A DNA stretch of 31,611 nucleotides from a virus. Taxonomy: Duplodnaviria > Caudoviricetes. The DNA lies in the IMG/VR virus record IMGVR_UViG_3300030737_000033, positions 1 to 31,611 of that record; one strand, 5' to 3'. Within the stretch, counting starts at the first letter, position 1. Every line of letters begins with the position of its first letter. Positions 7,473-19,700 of the stretch are shown piece after piece. The notes below the pieces were generated by a model. It saw only the letters and a list, made by a program, of their open reading frames with translations, did not search any database and had not been told where the DNA came from. The position numbers and the translations under genes were made by a program.

Positions 7473-9443
7473 GCCCACGCGATACCAAGTCGTTGTCGCT
7501 AGGACATACTTCCATTTCGCGAAACTGTTGGCCGCGAAAGTGCCAGCCGTGATGCCACCGTCTATGGTCTGCCCCGCGTTGGCCGAGACGGTCAGAGCGC
7601 TGATGATTTGGGTTGAAGAGACAGTAACTTCCTGCCCATCCTGGGGAGATGCTGGCATTTTCACAGTGCCGGTCGCTAGAGTACCGGCCGGCGTCAAGAT
7701 CAGAAAATTGATTGCGTTCCCAATAGTGATAGAGAAACCCGTCGTGGGAGCAGTCTGTGTGTACGGAGAAGCTTGGATGCCCACTATGCCGCCGGCTGAA
7801 CTTATAACCTGTTGCCCGGTTTCGCTGCCGGCGCAGAAGTTTCCGTTATAGACGGTAAAATCAATTACCAGAGCGCCCCCGTGCTCAGTCCTAAGATACA
7901 GCGCCCCCGTCTCGGACCCTGCGGTAGTGTCAACCGCTTCAAACTGGAACGAAGCCCAGGTAATAGAAGAGCCCGCTGAGTTATTTGCTTCAGCTTGAAA
8001 GGCGAAAATGGCTGAATTTGCGGCCAGCGTGGCGTCAGTGCGGACGGCGATAAATTTCATCGCGGCGTCGTCCTCCATGAACATCTGACTGGCAGTAAAC
8101 ACGTCGGCTGTCACGCCGCCGCTGCTAAAAGCGATATCACCACTGTCGTTATATATGATCGGGCCGCCGGAACCGATCTGGATTGCACCAGCGGTCGAAC
8201 TGCCAATGCTTGTTACGAGCGGCCCCTGCATGGTGCCGCCGGACAGCGGCATGAAGAGGCCATACGGGAAGCTCGCATCATCGCCGTCCATTCCATCGTT
8301 GCCGGGGATGCCAATGCCTCTGCTCCCCTCAGCCCCCGCAGCCCCAGTAGCACCCCTAGGTCCAGGCGGACCTTGGTCGCCATCGAAGCCGTCCTGCCCA
8401 GGAACTCCAGCAGGACCCTGCGCGCCGGCTGCCCCAGCCGCGCCAGAGGCCCCCGTGGCTCCGGCGGCACCCATGGGTCCTGGAGGTCCATCAGACCCGT
8501 CTAGACCGTCCTGGCCGGGCGAGCCGGAGGGGCCAACAGGGCCTTGAGGTCCGGTCGGACCAGTGGGGCCTGTGGACCCAGATGAAGATGACAGGCTAAG
8601 CTCGACCAGACAATAGTACCCGTCGGCATTCTGGCCGCCGAAGGTGACGACATAACCGGGCGTCGCGGTGCCCTCTGTTGGGAATGATTGGTGGAAGGAG
8701 ATAAGATCAGCCGACGAATTGGGGTTCGCGGCGGCTTGATCGACGGCCTGACCGTTAGCCGACATGCTGTAGGGGGCCGGCTGGGTCGAGCCCGACACCG
8801 CGCCGAAGCCCACGCCCAGCAGGAGTTCCGCCGAGCGTGTGGTTGTGACCGTGCTGATATCCATAGTGGCCGCTAGGCCGCCGGTGGCGTCATTGCTGGG
8901 GGTGTCGGCCACGTGGTCACTGGCCCAAGTGCCAGTCGCGCCCTCGACTTCCCACATGGCGACGCACCCATACGGATACGTCTGGGTATTCGGCGTCTGG
9001 GTCGTGCTTTCGCCCGCGCCGGCATACTTATAGTAGACGTAGAGATAGGTCGTTTGGCCGAATGTGTTCGTGAAAGAGTGGGCCGTTGACAGGTTCCACC
9101 CCGCGCCAGTGACCGGGGGTCCCGCGCTGAAGTCCACACCATAGAGCACCGCGACCAGTAGGCCCCCTTCGGTAGGGGCCACCGGCAGTGTGACAGCCAA
9201 GTCCGTCGGCGAACTGGAGTTCGACAGGGCCGACCCGGTCTGTGATACGACCAGACTAGTCGGCCCCACGATGTTTGACGTGGTCGCCCGTGAGCCGGCG
9301 ATCCCTATGGACTGGAGCGCGCGGAGGTCAAGGAGTTCCTCTGGCCCGCGCCCGCTGGACGTGCGCCCGATGATATACCCCTTTGGGATATTCCGTCCCT
9401 GGCCTCGACCTGGGGGTATGATATTGGGGTTACGGCTCGACAT
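7470..9443 (-). CDS. Tail/virion fibre protein with central collagen-like segment
   Basis: 657 aa; beta-rich domains flank about 33 Gly-X-Y triplets; located after the internal virion proteins, the usual fibre position. Confidence 0.75.
   Translation of the reverse strand: MSSRNPNIIPPGRGQGRNIPKGYIIGRTSSGRGPEELLDLRALQSIGIAGSRATTSNIVGPTSLVVSQTGSALSNSSSPTDLAVTLPVAPTEGGLLVAVLYGVDFSAGPPVTGAGWNLSTAHSFTNTFGQTTYLYVYYKYAGAGESTTQTPNTQTYPYGCVAMWEVEGATGTWASDHVADTPSNDATGGLAATMDISTVTTTRSAELLLGVGFGAVSGSTQPAPYSMSANGQAVDQAAANPNSSADLISFHQSFPTEGTATPGYVVTFGGQNADGYYCLVELSLSSSSGSTGPTGPTGPQGPVGPSGSPGQDGLDGSDGPPGPMGAAGATGASGAAGAAGAQGPAGVPGQDGFDGDQGPPGPRGATGAAGAEGSRGIGIPGNDGMDGDDASFPYGLFMPLSGGTMQGPLVTSIGSSTAGAIQIGSGGPIIYNDSGDIAFSSGGVTADVFTASQMFMEDDAAMKFIAVRTDATLAANSAIFAFQAEANNSAGSSITWASFQFEAVDTTAGSETGALYLRTEHGGALVIDFTVYNGNFCAGSETGQQVISSAGGIVGIQASPYTQTAPTTGFSITIGNAINFLILTPAGTLATGTVKMPASPQDGQEVTVSSTQIISALTVSANAGQTIDGGITAGTFAANSFAKWKYVLATTTWYRVG
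8278..8579 (-). repeat. Collagen-like (Gly-X-Y)n coding repeat
   Basis: 29 uninterrupted triplets, one GI interruption, then 4 more; the higher-order unit GxPG(Q/N)DGxDG recurs three times. Confidence 0.92.
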
Positions 9444-12400
9444 CTTGCGGCGGGTGCTTGGATTGGAAGTTGTCCATCATATGGGTAGCCGACCGCGACA
9501 GCATAACCATGTGGTTCCACACGCTCTCACTGTGCTGAAGCTTCTCGCTGTCTGACAGCTTTGTGTCGTCGTTGATCTTCTGCAATATCTGCCGCTGGAT
9601 CGCCAGCGTATGGGCCACTTGGTTCAGCAGCCCTTGCTGACGCGTGTACACGTACTCCTTCTGGGCGTAGGCGATGTCGCTGCGGTCGCCGATCTTGAGA
9701 TCGCGCCGGGCCACGGCGAGGTCCGCCGTCGCGGCGTCGAAGGTCCGCTTCTCCTTGTAGAAGTCCTCGACAGACTGGGCGTCAGCCCTGGTCTGGGTCA
9801 TGGCGATCACCCTAGCGAACGGGAGGTCACTGATCTGCCACGGGGCACCCTTGAACCCCTCGAATGGAGCGCCGAGCACCTTCATGATCGTGGCCCCGAG
9901 CGTGCCAGTGTAGCCGCGTATCATGTGGTCGATGCCGATGGGCGACAGGAATTGCTTCGGCAGAATGTGGGTGGGCTCGATCAAGTTCGACAGCGCCTTG
10001 GCCTCGGGCGATGTGTTCTGCGTCACCTGATAGTGAGCACTGTCCGCTTGGAGCGACGATGGCACGATGGGGCGGCCAGTGCCAAGGGTCGTGTTCGTGT
10101 AGACTTCCAACCCTGGCTGAAGGATCGCTGGCAGTTGCAGCGGGAGTTGCTGCGTAATCATGCTGGCCCAATCGAACATGGGCTTCGGATTATGGGCCGC
10201 CATCGCGTCTAGAATGCGGGTCAGAGCGCCGCCGAAGACCGCGCCCGGACCTTCAGGGAAACGGAGGTGGAACCGCACACCAGCGATCTCGGGCGTAATC
10301 ATGGCGTAGTCCTTCTGCCAGCGCTCGATCTCGCTGTACTGCCGGTCAGGATGGTTCTTCAAGGTCGTCTGATCCTGGATGTAACTGGCCGCCCACATCA
10401 GCGCAGTCGGGATGCCGACGGTCATCGCCGTGTAGCGGGCCGTCTCCCACGGCCGGTCGTGCCACGCGTCCATGAAGTTCTTCATGTAGAGCAGCTTCGG
10501 GCGGAAGAACGGCGTCACCCCGGCGTACCAGTTGACGATGTTGGACGCGGCGCGCTCGGCGTAGTCTATGCCGGCGGTGCGCGCGCCGGATGCAGCCTTA
10601 GTGGGCGCGTAGCCCTTGGCCTTGTAGTGCTCATAGATGCCAGTACGGTTCGCCGCGTCCAGCCTTTCCTGGACCAGTTGGGCCAGTTGGAGAGGATGGG
10701 TGACGTGGTTCAGAAGCTTCGGCCCCAGCCCGGTCTGTTCCATCAGCTTGGGGAGGTCGGTCCATTGGTCGCGATCCATGTCTACCAGGGCCGCGCCAAG
10801 GCCGCCCTTGGCCTGCATGTCCTTGTAGATGTCGTCGTTCTTCAGCACGTGGGTCATGCCTTTGATAAGCGTGAGAAACGGCGGGGGATGCGACTGGTCA
10901 TTGATGAACTGGATCACTTGGTGGCTCATGGCCGAGCGGCCGGCGAAGTCCGGGGTGATCGTGATGCCCGCCCGGTTGAGCGCCGCGAAGGTCTGCATCG
11001 TCCGCGTGATGGCGTCGGCCGGCCCATTGGCCGCACCACCCCGCATCAATTGGGCCATGTCCGGGTCATTGATCTGCCAGACCTCCCGCTTGCCCTTGTT
11101 ATAGTAGGCGAACTGTTTGCCCGTCAGGCCCGCGTCTTCGCGTTCGACGATGATGGCCTCGAAAGCTTTCTTCGCGTGATCCCAGGTGGCGACTTCGGCC
11201 GGGTCCAGCTTGCCAGTCAGCGGGTCTTTCTCAGGCTCCTTGAAGCCGTACCGCTTGAGTTCCGCCTCGACGATATCGTCATTCGGGTCCGTCTTGGAGA
11301 TGACCTTGTGCAGCCCTTCGCGCACGGCCCACTCGGGGTTCCGTTGCGCCATCTCGACCATCTGCTTCCTGGCCCAATTGGCGTCGGCGCTCTTGATGAC
11401 GGCGCGCAGATTGTCCTGGGTCGAGAGCAACGGGTCGGCGATCTGCCTGTCACTGCCTTCCATCCGCTTCAGCGGGGAGCCGATAGTGAACCCACCCTGG
11501 CTGTATGGCTTATCGAAAGCATCGTCATCGCCCATAAGCCGGCGCATCGACACATAGATAGTGTTCATGGCTTTCATCGAAGCGACTTGCTCGGCGCTAT
11601 ACCGGCCGGCCTTGACCGCATAGTCGAGTGCGCCGTTGTTCGTCTCGGTCCACATGCGCGCGGCTTCCTCATACTTCTCGCGCCAACTGTCCCGTTGAAC
11701 AATCTCATGCGAAGCGTGAGGATTGACCCCGGTGTCGATGCCAGGGTTCTCGCGCGCCTTCTCCAAGTCCCGTTCATTCTGGACGATGACTTGGTCGAAC
11801 TCGTGCTGGTGCTGCTTGATCTCCAGATCGCGCTTGTCCTTCGCCGCTTTCAGCGCCTTGCTGGCCTCTTTCTTGGCCTTGGCCAGCACTGTCTTATCGC
11901 CCGTGTCACCGGCTTCCTTGAGCTTGGCATTGTAGCGGTCCTGCGCCTTTTGGAATGCGGCGTCGGTCTTCGCCACCTTGTCGGTCTGCCGGCCGCCGGC
12001 CGTAGCCTCTTTCACGCGTGCCTGGGCCTTGGCGATGCGGAGGTTCTGGGTCGCCTTCTCGTCTGTTCTCGCGGCCAGCAGGTACGCCTTGAAGTCGTTG
12101 ACATTGCCACCCTTGGAGAGCATCAACTTCCCCGCGTCGAGCAGGCCGTGGGAGCCGGGGATGATGTCTTTCTTGTCGGGGCCGTCGATGATCCCGTCAC
12201 GCACGAATGTCGCGGCCCGACTGGCGGACCCGTAGACCTGACGGAACGCGTCCTCGTTGCCGAAGTCCTTCCGGTCGTAGAGGCCGGCTTGGACCATCCG
12301 GTCGTCGACCCGCTTGGCCGGGATCAGTTCGGAGAAGACCTCCGTGGCGAAGTGTGCCCAGGTGCGGGGGCCGGGGGGCTGCGCTTCGCCCAGGTTGCTG

Positions 12401-14649
12401 CGGATTTCCAGCGACAGGTCCGCATCAGTGGCCCGCTTCCACGTATTCGCCGCCGACAGATCGCCACCACCGCTCTCAGCGAGGGCTTCACGTTCCTTGG
12501 AGATGTCAGCGTCCAGGCTAACCGGGGTCGAGTTCGGATCGAAGGACGGCACAGCCTTGCCGTCGGGCCGACTGAGATCACCCTCGACCGGGCCGACGAC
12601 CTTATTGTTCCTCATGGTGGCAACTTCGCCCCTGGTCTTGGGTCCAAAGCCCACGTGGACGTGGTCGCCTTCCTCTAGGATTTGGTCGAACGGCAACCCA
12701 CTGGCTCGCAGTTTGGCGACGACCTCTTGGTTCGTCATGCCCGCCACCTTCACGTCCCACGCGCCATAGCCGGCGCGGAAGTTCGCTTCACTGTGTTCAG
12801 TCGCGTTCGGGGCGGCGGTAGTCTTGCCTTCCCGCACGAGTTCCGCCTGTGACGCCGCCGAGCGTTCGGCCGACGTGATCGTGGTCCGCGCGCCGAAGAT
12901 GCCGTCGAAGGTCCCTTGCGGATTGGCGCGTAGTGCAGTGAGCTTGGCCTTGCCGGCGGCGTCCATCTTGGCCGTGGGTGGGGCTTCCTCGGGGGCGTCG
13001 CCGCGCGCCTTCATCCGGCCGTTGGCAAGATACTTCTGGGTCTCGGCCGGCAGGAAGCTCTCGTCACGTGTGGCGGCCACATGATCGTATCTGATACCGC
13101 CCCGCACCGAAGGGTCCTGAGTGGCCTCCAGGCGCACCCCCGGCCCGCTGGCGAGGAACCTGTCAGCTTGCTTCGGACCAGCATTGTAGGCAATGGACAT
13201 GGCGTCCATGTTGCCGTTGTATTTCCTGTAGAGGTCGCTCACGATAGTTCGTGCGACTTGGGTGCTATAGGCTCGGTCGGTTAGCTTGGCCGGGTCGAAG
13301 CCATAGGCCCGAGCCGTGGCGGGCATGATTTGAAAGCGGCCGACCGCCCCCATCGGGCTGATCGCCGTGTCCGGGTGCGGGAGGTTGCCGGTCTCCAGAC
13401 GCTCGAATACGCCTAGAGCCTCATCGACATTCGCGACGTAGTGCGGCTGGGCCACGGGGTCGAACTTTCCGGGCTCGGGGATATTGCCGGCCGAGCGGAT
13501 TACGCTGGTGGCGGGCTGCGTGTACACACCTTGAGCACCACCATTCATCAGGTTCCGCTTCGTAGGCGACGGGGCGGCCGGCGGCTGGGCCTGGGGCGCG
13601 TGCTCGACGGCGCTCGGGGCATTGTACTGGGAGAGAGCAGGGGCGACGCTGTCACCCTCCACGTCCTGAAGGAGAAGCTGTTGCTTGAACTCAGGGTGCG
13701 CCCTGGCCAAAGACAATTGCTCACCGGGCGTCATGCCGGTATGAACCCAGATGTCCTGCATGTTCTTCTGGACGTGAAGGCTTGCCTCAGGGTTCGACAC
13801 AAGCTGGGCCGCCGCCGTCTGATAGTCCGCAACCTGCGGGAATTGCCCCTTGACCTGGGGCGAGACTGGACTGCGGGTCACGGCGTTCGGGTAGACGGAT
13901 GGGTCGGGAATTTCCCCGGCGCGGAAAGCGGTCATGGCCCCGGCGCGCGCTGCCCTAGCCGCAGCGATGCCCGGCTTGCCCATGACGGCCAGCGAGGCTT
14001 CACCCGTGATGATGTTGCCCAGGATCGATCCGGCTTGCTCACCGTGAACGGTTTCAGCACTGAAGGCCCACTGCGTCGGGTCCAGGATATTGGAGGTCGG
14101 CGACTTCAGGTCCACCGTGAGACGCGGAGCGGGCACGCCAAGGTCGCCCAGCTTCCGGCCAGCCGGCGCTCCGATGGTGTTGATCGCCCCGACCAAAGGC
14201 GAGAGGACCACATTGATACCATCCCACAACGTCTGCGCGTCGCGGACTGTGCTGCCGTTGACCATCATACCCGATGTCATTTGATCCACCATCGTCGGGT
14301 TGAATGAGTGCTGCCAGTTGGACCGCTGCTGTTCTTCAAGGCCCTGCCATGCGCCCGTAACTGGGCCCATGAAGTCGCTGCCAGCGTGTTGCAGGATCGA
14401 GGTCGTCAGACCCGCATCAGCAGTTGGGGCCTGCCGGGGGGCCTGCGGCGCGGGCGAGTGAGCCCCGTCGCCCCAGTAGGCGTCGATCTTGTCGCTGCTC
14501 CACTTCTGTTTCAGGAGCGCCTGCGTCGCTTGTTCCTTCGCAGCCTGGACTACGGCGGGAGCGATGCCGCTCTTGAGCATGTCCTGAAGCTTCTGCGCGC
14601 CCTCAGGGCCTTGCGGCTGGGCGACTTGACCCGGTACTGGATCGGCCAT
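9430..14649 (-). CDS. Large internal virion/ejection protein (1739 aa) with lytic transglycosylase, peptidase M15-like and LPD38-like domains
   Basis: SLT motifs [27 protein letters not shown]15-like ITSAERS...EH...AWDV...[13 protein letters not shown]-terminal N..TGRPIVP...[17 protein letters not shown]7 gp16-equivalent position. Confidence 0.82.
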   Translation of the reverse strand: MADPVPGQVAQPQGPEGAQKLQDMLKSGIAPAVVQAAKEQATQALLKQKWSSDKIDAYWGDGAHSPAPQAPRQAPTADAGLTTSILQHAGSDFMGPVTGAWQGLEEQQRSNWQHSFNPTMVDQMTSGMMVNGSTVRDAQTLWDGINVVLSPLVGAINTIGAPAGRKLGDLGVPAPRLTVDLKSPTSNILDPTQWAFSAETVHGEQAGSILGNIITGEASLAVMGKPGIAAARAARAGAMTAFRAGEIPDPSVYPNAVTRSPVSPQVKGQFPQVADYQTAAAQLVSNPEASLHVQKNMQDIWVHTGMTPGEQLSLARAHPEFKQQLLLQDVEGDSVAPALSQYNAPSAVEHAPQAQPPAAPSPTKRNLMNGGAQGVYTQPATSVIRSAGNIPEPGKFDPVAQPHYVANVDEALGVFERLETGNLPHPDTAISPMGAVGRFQIMPATARAYGFDPAKLTDRAYSTQVARTIVSDLYRKYNGNMDAMSIAYNAGPKQADRFLASGPGVRLEATQDPSVRGGIRYDHVAATRDESFLPAETQKYLANGRMKARGDAPEEAPPTAKMDAAGKAKLTALRANPQGTFDGIFGARTTITSAERSAASQAELVREGKTTAAPNATEHSEANFRAGYGAWDVKVAGMTNQEVVAKLRASGLPFDQILEEGDHVHVGFGPKTRGEVATMRNNKVVGPVEGDLSRPDGKAVPSFDPNSTPVSLDADISKEREALAESGGGDLSAANTWKRATDADLSLEIRSNLGEAQPPGPRTWAHFATEVFSELIPAKRVDDRMVQAGLYDRKDFGNEDAFRQVYGSASRAATFVRDGIIDGPDKKDIIPGSHGLLDAGKLMLSKGGNVNDFKAYLLAARTDEKATQNLRIAKAQARVKEATAGGRQTDKVAKTDAAFQKAQDRYNAKLKEAGDTGDKTVLAKAKKEASKALKAAKDKRDLEIKQHQHEFDQVIVQNERDLEKARENPGIDTGVNPHASHEIVQRDSWREKYEEAARMWTETNNGALDYAVKAGRYSAEQVASMKAMNTIYVSMRRLMGDDDAFDKPYSQGGFTIGSPLKRMEGSDRQIADPLLSTQDNLRAVIKSADANWARKQMVEMAQRNPEWAVREGLHKVISKTDPNDDIVEAELKRYGFKEPEKDPLTGKLDPAEVATWDHAKKAFEAIIVEREDAGLTGKQFAYYNKGKREVWQINDPDMAQLMRGGAANGPADAITRTMQTFAALNRAGITITPDFAGRSAMSHQVIQFINDQSHPPPFLTLIKGMTHVLKNDDIYKDMQAKGGLGAALVDMDRDQWTDLPKLMEQTGLGPKLLNHVTHPLQLAQLVQERLDAANRTGIYEHYKAKGYAPTKAASGARTAGIDYAERAASNIVNWYAGVTPFFRPKLLYMKNFMDAWHDRPWETARYTAMTVGIPTALMWAASYIQDQTTLKNHPDRQYSEIERWQKDYAMITPEIAGVRFHLRFPEGPGAVFGGALTRILDAMAAHNPKPMFDWASMITQQLPLQLPAILQPGLEVYTNTTLGTGRPIVPSSLQADSAHYQVTQNTSPEAKALSNLIEPTHILPKQFLSPIGIDHMIRGYTGTLGATIMKVLGAPFEGFKGAPWQISDLPFARVIAMTQTRADAQSVEDFYKEKRTFDAATADLAVARRDLKIGDRSDIAYAQKEYVYTRQQGLLNQVAHTLAIQRQILQKINDDTKLSDSEKLQHSESVWNHMVMLSRSATHMMDNFQSKHPPQDVEP

Positions 14650-16310
14650 TAATGGCTCCCTGGCATTAGGCGGGCGGCGGCTTGATCGACTTGTGGCTGA
14701 ATGTCAGTGCCGCCGGCCCAGGCATTGCTGCCCCTGGCACCCATGACCGGGTGCTGGTTGAAGTAGGCGTAGGGTTGGCCGGAGTGGGCGGCCTGCTGAT
14801 AGTAAGCCACGGCGTTGGCGAAGCTGGTGGGATTGTGTGGGTCCATCATAGCCTTGACGGCGTCATTGGGGTTCGTGCCGCTGGCCACGTAGTGGTCGAA
14901 CACTTGGTGCATCGCGCGCCGGGCTTCGGCCGCCGCCGCGAAGCCATTGGGGTCAGTCTGGCCGGGGCCAGCCGTCGTCGGCATATCTTCGCCATCCGCT
15001 CCGAGTGCGGCCTGGGGCGACCGAGTGATCTGGGGCCGGACGCCTTCGCTGAACCACTGGTCGAGTTGCTTCAGCGCACCTTCGTAGACGGGGTCGTGCG
15101 GGGCGTCAGAGACAGACTTCCGGGCTCGTTCCCAAGTATCGGTGCTTATGGTCTTGTCCGTGAAGTATGCTTTGTCGAGTTCGGTGACAGTAGGATAGCC
15201 GGGAGTGTGAGGGCCAGCACCGATACGACGGAACAGATTATCCGAAACGGCAGGATTATCTTGCTGATATTTGAAACTATTGCGGTCTTCGATGTTGCGG
15301 TCCATTCCCGTGTCGAGATTAGTGCTTTCCGTAGGGAGAAGTCCCGCATAGGTCTGCCTCCATTGGTCGGCCGCCTTGACCAGGGCCGGGGGGATTGGCT
15401 TTCCAGAGCGCCCAAGTTCGTCGATCTGGTGGGAGATATTGGCATAAGCGGCACGGCCGGCGTCTTCCTGAGACTGCCGGTTGACCTCGTCTTGCTGACG
15501 CTGCATGGTCGCATTGCGTTCTTCGGTGTGGTCAGCGAGGTCAGTGAGGTGCTGAACTTCGTCATGGCCGAGCACGTCGCTGAAGGTCCCGTCCGCAATG
15601 GCTTTGCGCGCGGCGGCGATCCCGTTCGGGCCGCTCTCGATCATACCCTCCAAGCCCTGCATGGCGATGTAGGACTTGCCCTGACTATGGATGCTGGCCT
15701 TGACGTTGGCCGCATCCTCGGCCGTTAGATTGGAATGGCTGTCAACGACTGCGCCTTGGCCCTGCTCAAACGAGCCCATGATGGTCTGGATGCCGCGCAC
15801 GGTGCCGTCAGCGCGAGCCGCAGCCCCGAAGCCATTGGAGGCGTCATTCACATTCTGCTTCGCGGCGATCCCCGCCAGCCGGCCCTGATCCCCGAGGGTC
15901 ATCTCAGTGAAGTGCTGCCTAATCTCGGCCGACTGCTCAGCCGCATAGATTTGGCCCTTCTCAGTCGTGAAGCCGGCCGCCCACTGCTTCAACCACGGCT
16001 CAAGCTTATCTTGCCGCCACTTGTCAGCGGTCGTGGGATCATTCGGATCAGCCGCTTTGGCCGTCGTATTCCAGTCGGTCGTGAGCGACGCCCAGCCTTG
16101 AGCCTTGACCGCCTCGGCGTGTGTCACCTGTTGGCGGAAGACTTGGTCCTGGTACATCTGACCGTTGTCACGGATGTCCTGGGAAGTATCTTCACCGATC
16201 TGGTGGAAGTACAGGCCGATCCGACGACCGGCTTGCACGTTCGCTTCGATCCCCGTCTCTGACGGCTGTATTCTCCCCGAGCCCGCTTCAAACTCTGCTA
16301 TCTTGGGCAT
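14649..16310 (-). CDS. Internal virion protein (T7 gp15-equivalent position)
   Basis: 553 aa, helical and A/Q/D-rich, between the small and large internal proteins; TAATG coupling. Confidence 0.65.
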   Translation of the reverse strand: MPKIAEFEAGSGRIQPSETGIEANVQAGRRIGLYFHQIGEDTSQDIRDNGQMYQDQVFRQQVTHAEAVKAQGWASLTTDWNTTAKAADPNDPTTADKWRQDKLEPWLKQWAAGFTTEKGQIYAAEQSAEIRQHFTEMTLGDQGRLAGIAAKQNVNDASNGFGAAARADGTVRGIQTIMGSFEQGQGAVVDSHSNLTAEDAANVKASIHSQGKSYIAMQGLEGMIESGPNGIAAARKAIADGTFSDVLGHDEVQHLTDLADHTEERNATMQRQQDEVNRQSQEDAGRAAYANISHQIDELGRSGKPIPPALVKAADQWRQTYAGLLPTESTNLDTGMDRNIEDRNSFKYQQDNPAVSDNLFRRIGAGPHTPGYPTVTELDKAYFTDKTISTDTWERARKSVSDAPHDPVYEGALKQLDQWFSEGVRPQITRSPQAALGADGEDMPTTAGPGQTDPNGFAAAAEARRAMHQVFDHYVASGTNPNDAVKAMMDPHNPTSFANAVAYYQQAAHSGQPYAYFNQHPVMGARGSNAWAGGTDIQPQVDQAAARLMPGSH

Positions 16311-16312
16311 GA

Positions 16313-16771
16313 CTAAATCCCGAAGATCGAACCGGCGATATTGCCAAGTCCGTTAACGATGCCCGCTGCACCGGCCGCATTGGCCGCTTGCTGCATTCCG
16401 CTGTACGCTGCGCTCTCTTGCTCGAAGCCGCCTTCAGTCACGAGCCCTTGCGTCTGAATGATCTGCTTTTGCAGAGTACCCTGTGCCGCCGAAGATTGCA
16501 AGAGGGCCAGGGCCGATCCGCTCTCGGCGAGGCCGTTGCCGGCCACGTCGGCCTTCTGCGCTCCGATGGTCTGGGTAATCGCCCGGCCAGCTTGGCTCTC
16601 CTGAATGCGGGTACTCTCCGCCGTGATCTGGGCATTCTGTTTGGCCAGGGTCGCGGCGGTTCCGTAGGACGCACCCTCGGCGAAGTCGCCGAATGCGCTG
16701 AAGAGGTCACCCACACCATTGGCGAAGGAACCAAGGCTGGACGAACTGCTCAATGGATTGCTGGCGGCCAT
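16313..16771 (-). CDS. Small internal virion protein (T7 gp14-equivalent position)
   Basis: 152 aa, A/G/S/Q-rich with GAQKADVAGNG..ESGSA motif and hydrophobic Gly-rich ends. Confidence 0.7.
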   Translation of the reverse strand: MAASNPLSSSSSLGSFANGVGDLFSAFGDFAEGASYGTAATLAKQNAQITAESTRIQESQAGRAITQTIGAQKADVAGNGLAESGSALALLQSSAAQGTLQKQIIQTQGLVTEGGFEQESAAYSGMQQAANAAGAAGIVNGLGNIAGSIFGI

Positions 16772-16772
16772 A

Positions 16773-19700
16773 CTACCTGTCCTGAGTGTGGAGGAACTGG
16801 TTCACGGACAAGATGCTGGCCGGGTACGGGCGACTGATCTGCCAGCACACCATGCCGTTGAAGCTGTACGTGTCGTCGATTGTATCCCAATAGATGCCAG
16901 AAAACAACTGCTGTAGGGTGAGCGGAATGGTGCCGTCGCCGCCATTTGACACCAGATTGGCGGCGCGAAGATTGTCGAAGGTAGTACCGACACTGATCCC
17001 CTGCGTCAGCGACATCAGGATGCCGACTTGGTGGGTGCGCCGGGTCTTGGCCATGGCCGGCCCGTTAGCGGCTCCGGCTTCCTGCGGCACGATGGCACGA
17101 AGGATTTGCCCTTGGCTGGTGAACGTGAACCCCAGGAGTGCCGGCGCATTGTAGACCAGGGCCGGGGTCGTCGTTCCGGGGCCGCTATTGGCCGCCGGGC
17201 CGGGAGACGCCCAGGACTGGGTGCCGATGTCATTGATGTTCGCCACGATTTGACCATAGAGATCATCGGTCGAAAAGGGTTGGCCGCCGAGCACTGTCTC
17301 ACTGGTGGACGTGGCGGTGCCAGCCAGGGTATCGATCTGATAGATCGTATCAGCCCCGATGTAGTTGAGCAGGCCGAAGCGGATGCGCGCGGTGTGGAAG
17401 TCGTTGCCCCCATTGACCGGGATCGACCACAGGACAGCCCCAGTCCAAGCATCGACTTTAGCGATGACGCATTGACTGCCTCCGCTCTGGACGAACAGCC
17501 CGACGATGTTGCCGTCGGTCTCGTCATAGACGATACACGAAGGTTGCGCCCCCGACCAGGAGGCGTCGAGTTCTGATACTGGCACGCTGCCCACGCGACC
17601 AACTCCAGCGAACAGGGGCCCCTCGACCACGGCCCGGTAGAGGCCGATGGTGGTCTCGGCTTCATCCCAGCATAGGGCGAATGCCGAGCCTTCCGGGCCT
17701 CGGCAAAGTATGGCATTGCTAGGGCTTAGCGACGTGAACTCTTCGTCGAAGAACCCATTGGTCACTTCATTCTGTTCTACATCGGCCATCTCAACGATCC
17801 ACCATTGAGAACTTGACCCTCCCCCCGTCCCGCTGTTGGAACTAATGCCCCAGACGTAGGAAATCCCGCCAAGGTCGATGACCACCGGCGGCGGCCCGAT
17901 GGTGCCGATGTCAGACTTGAAGTAGGTCAGGTCCACAGTGTTCGTGGTCGTGTTGAAGCGGTTGAATTGGGTGCTGGTTCCATTGCAGAAATAGATGTGG
18001 CCATCGTAGCCCAGGCACGTCGAATTGGAGTAACCGAGCACGCCGGGGTCGAGCGGACCTTCCAACTGGGCGAAGGTGCCTATGTCGAAGACGAACAGAG
18101 ACCGGCTATTAGTGCCCGGATCGCCCGACTGCTGCCCCTGCATGGTGTAGAAGACTTGGGCGTCCCAATCGAACACCACACTCTGGGCAATCTGCGGATA
18201 GGAAGACGGCGAACTCGAACTGGTCGTGTAGTCGGTCAGCGAGCCGAAGGGCGCAGAAAATCCTTGACCGGGGGGCGTGACTTCGATATTAAGGTTGATG
18301 TTCCCATACGAACCCCCGGTGAGGCTTTGAAGATACCCCGCAGTCAAGACACCGCCGCCAGCCCCGAGGGGCATGGTGATCGACCCGTTGGCCGCGACGA
18401 CGTAGTCGCCGCAGTCCACGCCGCCCAGCCACACACTGATTGTCTCGCCGGCCAGATAGTACAGACCGTAGAAGATGACATCCCCACCGTTTATGTACGC
18501 CGCCGTGGGACATACAGCCGTGTCAACGAACTGCGCCGTCAGCAGCGAGCCAGTCTCGTCGAAGAATGGGGCGAAGAACTCCACAAAATATATGCCAGTG
18601 TCCGCGCTGAGCGTAACCATGCTCACGCTATCGGTAGTGCCGTCCGGGCTGGGACCCTCCTGAATGGACGTTATGGTCCGGCCCGAGCCCAACGCGTGAC
18701 GATGCCAGCCCATGAAGCTCGCCGGCTGACTAGAGAAGGGGCTTTCCCGCTTATAAGTACAGCCCACCAACTGACCATTGGGGTCCCGCCCCCAAATGAT
18801 TGGGTTCGGCTCCCGCTGGTAGACAATCTCCTGAAGACCCGCTTCAGTAAGATGCTTCGCTTTAATAGCAATGTTGGTTCCGATGTTCTTGCCAGACCAG
18901 CTATCGGCGAGATATTCGTAGACCTTTCGCTGATACCGCTCGACGAAGACTATGGACAAGCCGGTCTGACGCGGTTCTACGTTGGCGTCGCCATACCTAG
19001 TCACCCGGTGAGCCTGGATGCTCGTGGGTGTCAATGGGTCCCCGAGGGCCGACGCCTGGAGCAACCATTCTCCGGCGAGGGTCCCGAGTACTACACCACC
19101 CGAGCCCGCAATCGCCCAATAGATCGTATTCACGTCGGTGGCTTCGAGCACCGCCGCGATAGCGTTATTGTCCGCGACCGTGTTGTCGATCATCGACGGG
19201 CTAAACAGGAATGGCTGGTTCGACATGGACGCGTCAATGCGGTTCTGGATCGCGCCGAACAGCAGGAACCTGCCTTCGTGATAGGTGCCGCCGGTGGGCC
19301 AGCCGGTCGTGTCAGAGTAGACACCGAGTTGCCACGTCAGGATTGGCAGGCTGTAGAGCAGCGGGCCGCCAGCCAGGAGGACATTGGGGTCAGCCTCTGC
19401 CAGAGTCACGCTGACCTCACTGGTCGAGATCACCGATTGGATAATGCCCCAGGTGTAGACAGCCGCAGTCGTGCTGATGAACCAGTGGGTGCCGGGGTCG
19501 GCGTCAGGTTCGATGTTCGTGCTGGTCGCGGTGGCTTGATAGTACCCGCCATTGTATTTGACCCGCGACCCGGTGGAATACGTCGTGCTGGAACTCCAGG
19601 TCGGCGGCTCGCTGTAGAGCCGAATGAACCGAGCCACGTCAGTGGACTGGAACCCGGTGCCGTTATTGATGCTGGCGATGCTGGATGCTGTCAGATTGAT

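Noticed and set aside
7470-9443. Diversity-generating retroelement as in BPP-1
   Set aside because: No reverse transcriptase and no TR/VR pair with adenine-specific mismatches seen in the window.
10267-12678. 803-aa + strand ORF (also 17967-19958, 14682-15728, 24246-25574 and 2128-3099)
   Set aside because: Antisense shadows of well-supported genes, expected from GC-rich codon bias; no recognisable motifs.
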